This document shows, in pieces, positions 62,180 through 64,000 of a DNA stretch of 64,000 bases. The notes below the pieces were generated by a model. The model saw nothing but the letters and a program-made list of their open reading frames with translations. It had not been told where the DNA came from and searched no databases. Position 1 is the first letter of the stretch, and every line of letters starts with the position of its first letter. The stretch lies in assembly GCF_009914755.1 (NCBI RefSeq), contig NC_060926.1; one strand, 5' to 3'. The stretch comes from the human T2T-CHM13v2.0 reference genome, Homo sapiens. The position numbers and the translations under genes are program-made.

Positions 62180-63329
62180 GCAGGGGACTTTATTTTAGAG
62201 CCCGATCAAAGTAACATGGAAAAGCTAAAGGTTCTCTGAGCTGCAGTGGCTCCTCCTTTCCATGAGGGGGCGCCATCCAGAGTCAGCGCTTCCTCTGAAC
62301 ACATCCCACTTGAATGGGACAGGCAGCCATGGTAGCCATAGAGCATATGGGCCCACACTGCTTGCATTTAAATTTTCACTCCTGTTGTTTCCATGATGAG
62401 CATTCCTCAGGTTCTATGCCATAAATTTATAATTTGGGAAATATGGTCACCACTACCATATGGCTCCCATTGTGTCTTCTAATTTAGCAAAGATGATAAA
62501 TTTGTTTCCTGAAAATTTTAGGGTTAAAAGCATTCAATTGGATTTGATTCGTTGGGAGTTGGTGATGTGCCTGATGTATCTGTAACAGGAATATCCCATT
62601 CTTCAACCATGCTGCACACAGAGTTAGGAGTCCCAAAGAAGGCATTTGCCTGAATAATTCCATAAAACGTGTATGTAAAAGAAGTCATAAACGGAGGAAG
62701 GAAAATACTAGGTAGGTAATAAAGACATTTTTCATACTTTTATCCTGTTTGGAATATAAATCCTTTGTTCTCAGCTAGATTTGTACTGTACTAATGAGGA
62801 AAGGTCAACAACAACGAACTGCCACCCTTTGACATGTATATACACTCCTTTTCTTTGCATGTGAGTTGGTGGATACCATGTATAAATGTCTGCACATGTT
62901 GGCTGAGTGTAGTTTGGTGAACATACTCCATCCCCTGCCCCCAGCCCTGACTAAGATGCAGCACCAGATACACATTTTGGAAGAACTGACCTTATTGTTG
63001 TCAAGTAGGTGGAACTTGTCAGAACGTCATCTTTTTCCTCTTACCCCTCCCACCCTCATTCATTCTCCAAGTGCCCTTTTCATTTCACTTCCTTTTAGAT
63101 CCTCCTCTCAGCTGTCAGCTAAAGAAGACCTGATACTCTGATTCACCCCAAGATTCAAAGCTCTCATTTCTTATCTCTCCCAGAAGAATTTTCTGGATGA
63201 GCCTTTAAGCCAAAGGTATGACTGTCTAATAGCGGAATTTCAGTCATCTGGGACAGACTAGATGGGGAGATGTTAAGGAAAGAGACTCTTCCTGGTGTAC
63301 CCAGAATTATAGAACTCAGATGTCCTCAT

Positions 63330-64000
63330 GTGCCCTGTGTTTCTTGCTAAAAGTTGTATAGTTTTGTGTTTTACATTGAAGTCTTAAGTCTTACATTTAA
63401 GATCCATTTTGAGTTACTTTTCATATAAGGTGTAATGTTTAGGTTGAGGTTGATTTTTTTCCCCCTCCTGTAGATGTCCACTTGCTGTAGCACACTTTGT
63501 TGAAAGGACTACCTCTCACCATTGAATTGTTTTTACACCTTTGTAAAAAAGCAAGTGGGCAATTTGTGTTCTCTATTGTGTTCCATTGATCTCCATGTCT
63601 AGCCCTCTACCAAGACCATGCTGTCACAGTTACTGGAGCTATATAGTAAGCCTTAACACTGGGAAGAGAGATTCCTTTATTCTTTTTCAAAATAGTTTTG
63701 GCTCTTCTAGGGCCTTTCTCTTATGTTCACAAGGAAACTTATACATGTGAATGTTCATAACACCTTCATTCAAAATAGCCTCAATCTGGAAACTATCCAG
63801 ATGTTCTTCAGTGGTGTATGGTTGACCAAACTGTGGTATATCTATACCATGGAATACAGCAATAAAAAAGAAAAAATTATTGATCACATGCAACAATATA
63901 GGCGAGCCTCAAGGAAATGATGCTGAACGAAAAAGTCAGTCTCCAAAGGTTATATACTGCATTTGCCATTTATATAACATTCGTGAAATGACAAAATTAT
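63330..64000. mobile_element. L1M fragments in opposite orientations (minus ORF2 piece to about 63715, plus 3' piece after)
   Basis: gatccattttgagtt..ttccattgatct.. antisense; then atgttcataacacc..aaactgtggtatatctataccatggaatac sense. Confidence 0.78.

Noticed and set aside
62300-63200. Unique AT-rich stretch where, from memory, an intronic lncRNA (TCF7L1-IT1) may be annotated
   Set aside because: Cannot be located or supported from the sequence alone; no clear promoter or exon structure

Overview
Primate (almost certainly human) genomic DNA. It holds the CpG-island promoter and first three coding exons of TCF7L1 (TCF3, a Wnt/beta-catenin effector) on the + strand: ATG at 9594, coding exons 9594-9839, 9922-9985 and 10229-10356. 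The very large intron 3 runs from 10357 past the end of the window, so the HMG-box exons are not included. The rest is mostly repeats: about 43 Alu copies or fragments, old L1/L2/MIR pieces, MaLR LTRs (MST, THE1, MLT1), a sense-oriented LTR12 solo LTR with three CCAAT boxes, and hAT/Tigger fossils including a heavily nested Cheshire/MER58-type transposon with a readable transposase remnant. I see no convincing new multi-gene system. The best leads are possible routes to domain-split TCF7L1 isoforms (in-frame open intron 2, exon-3 read-through, intronic LTR12 promoter), an apparently short poly-Gly allele, a dense leader G-quadruplex cluster and several template-switch scars. Repeat subfamily names are recognised by eye and repeat boundaries are approximate.
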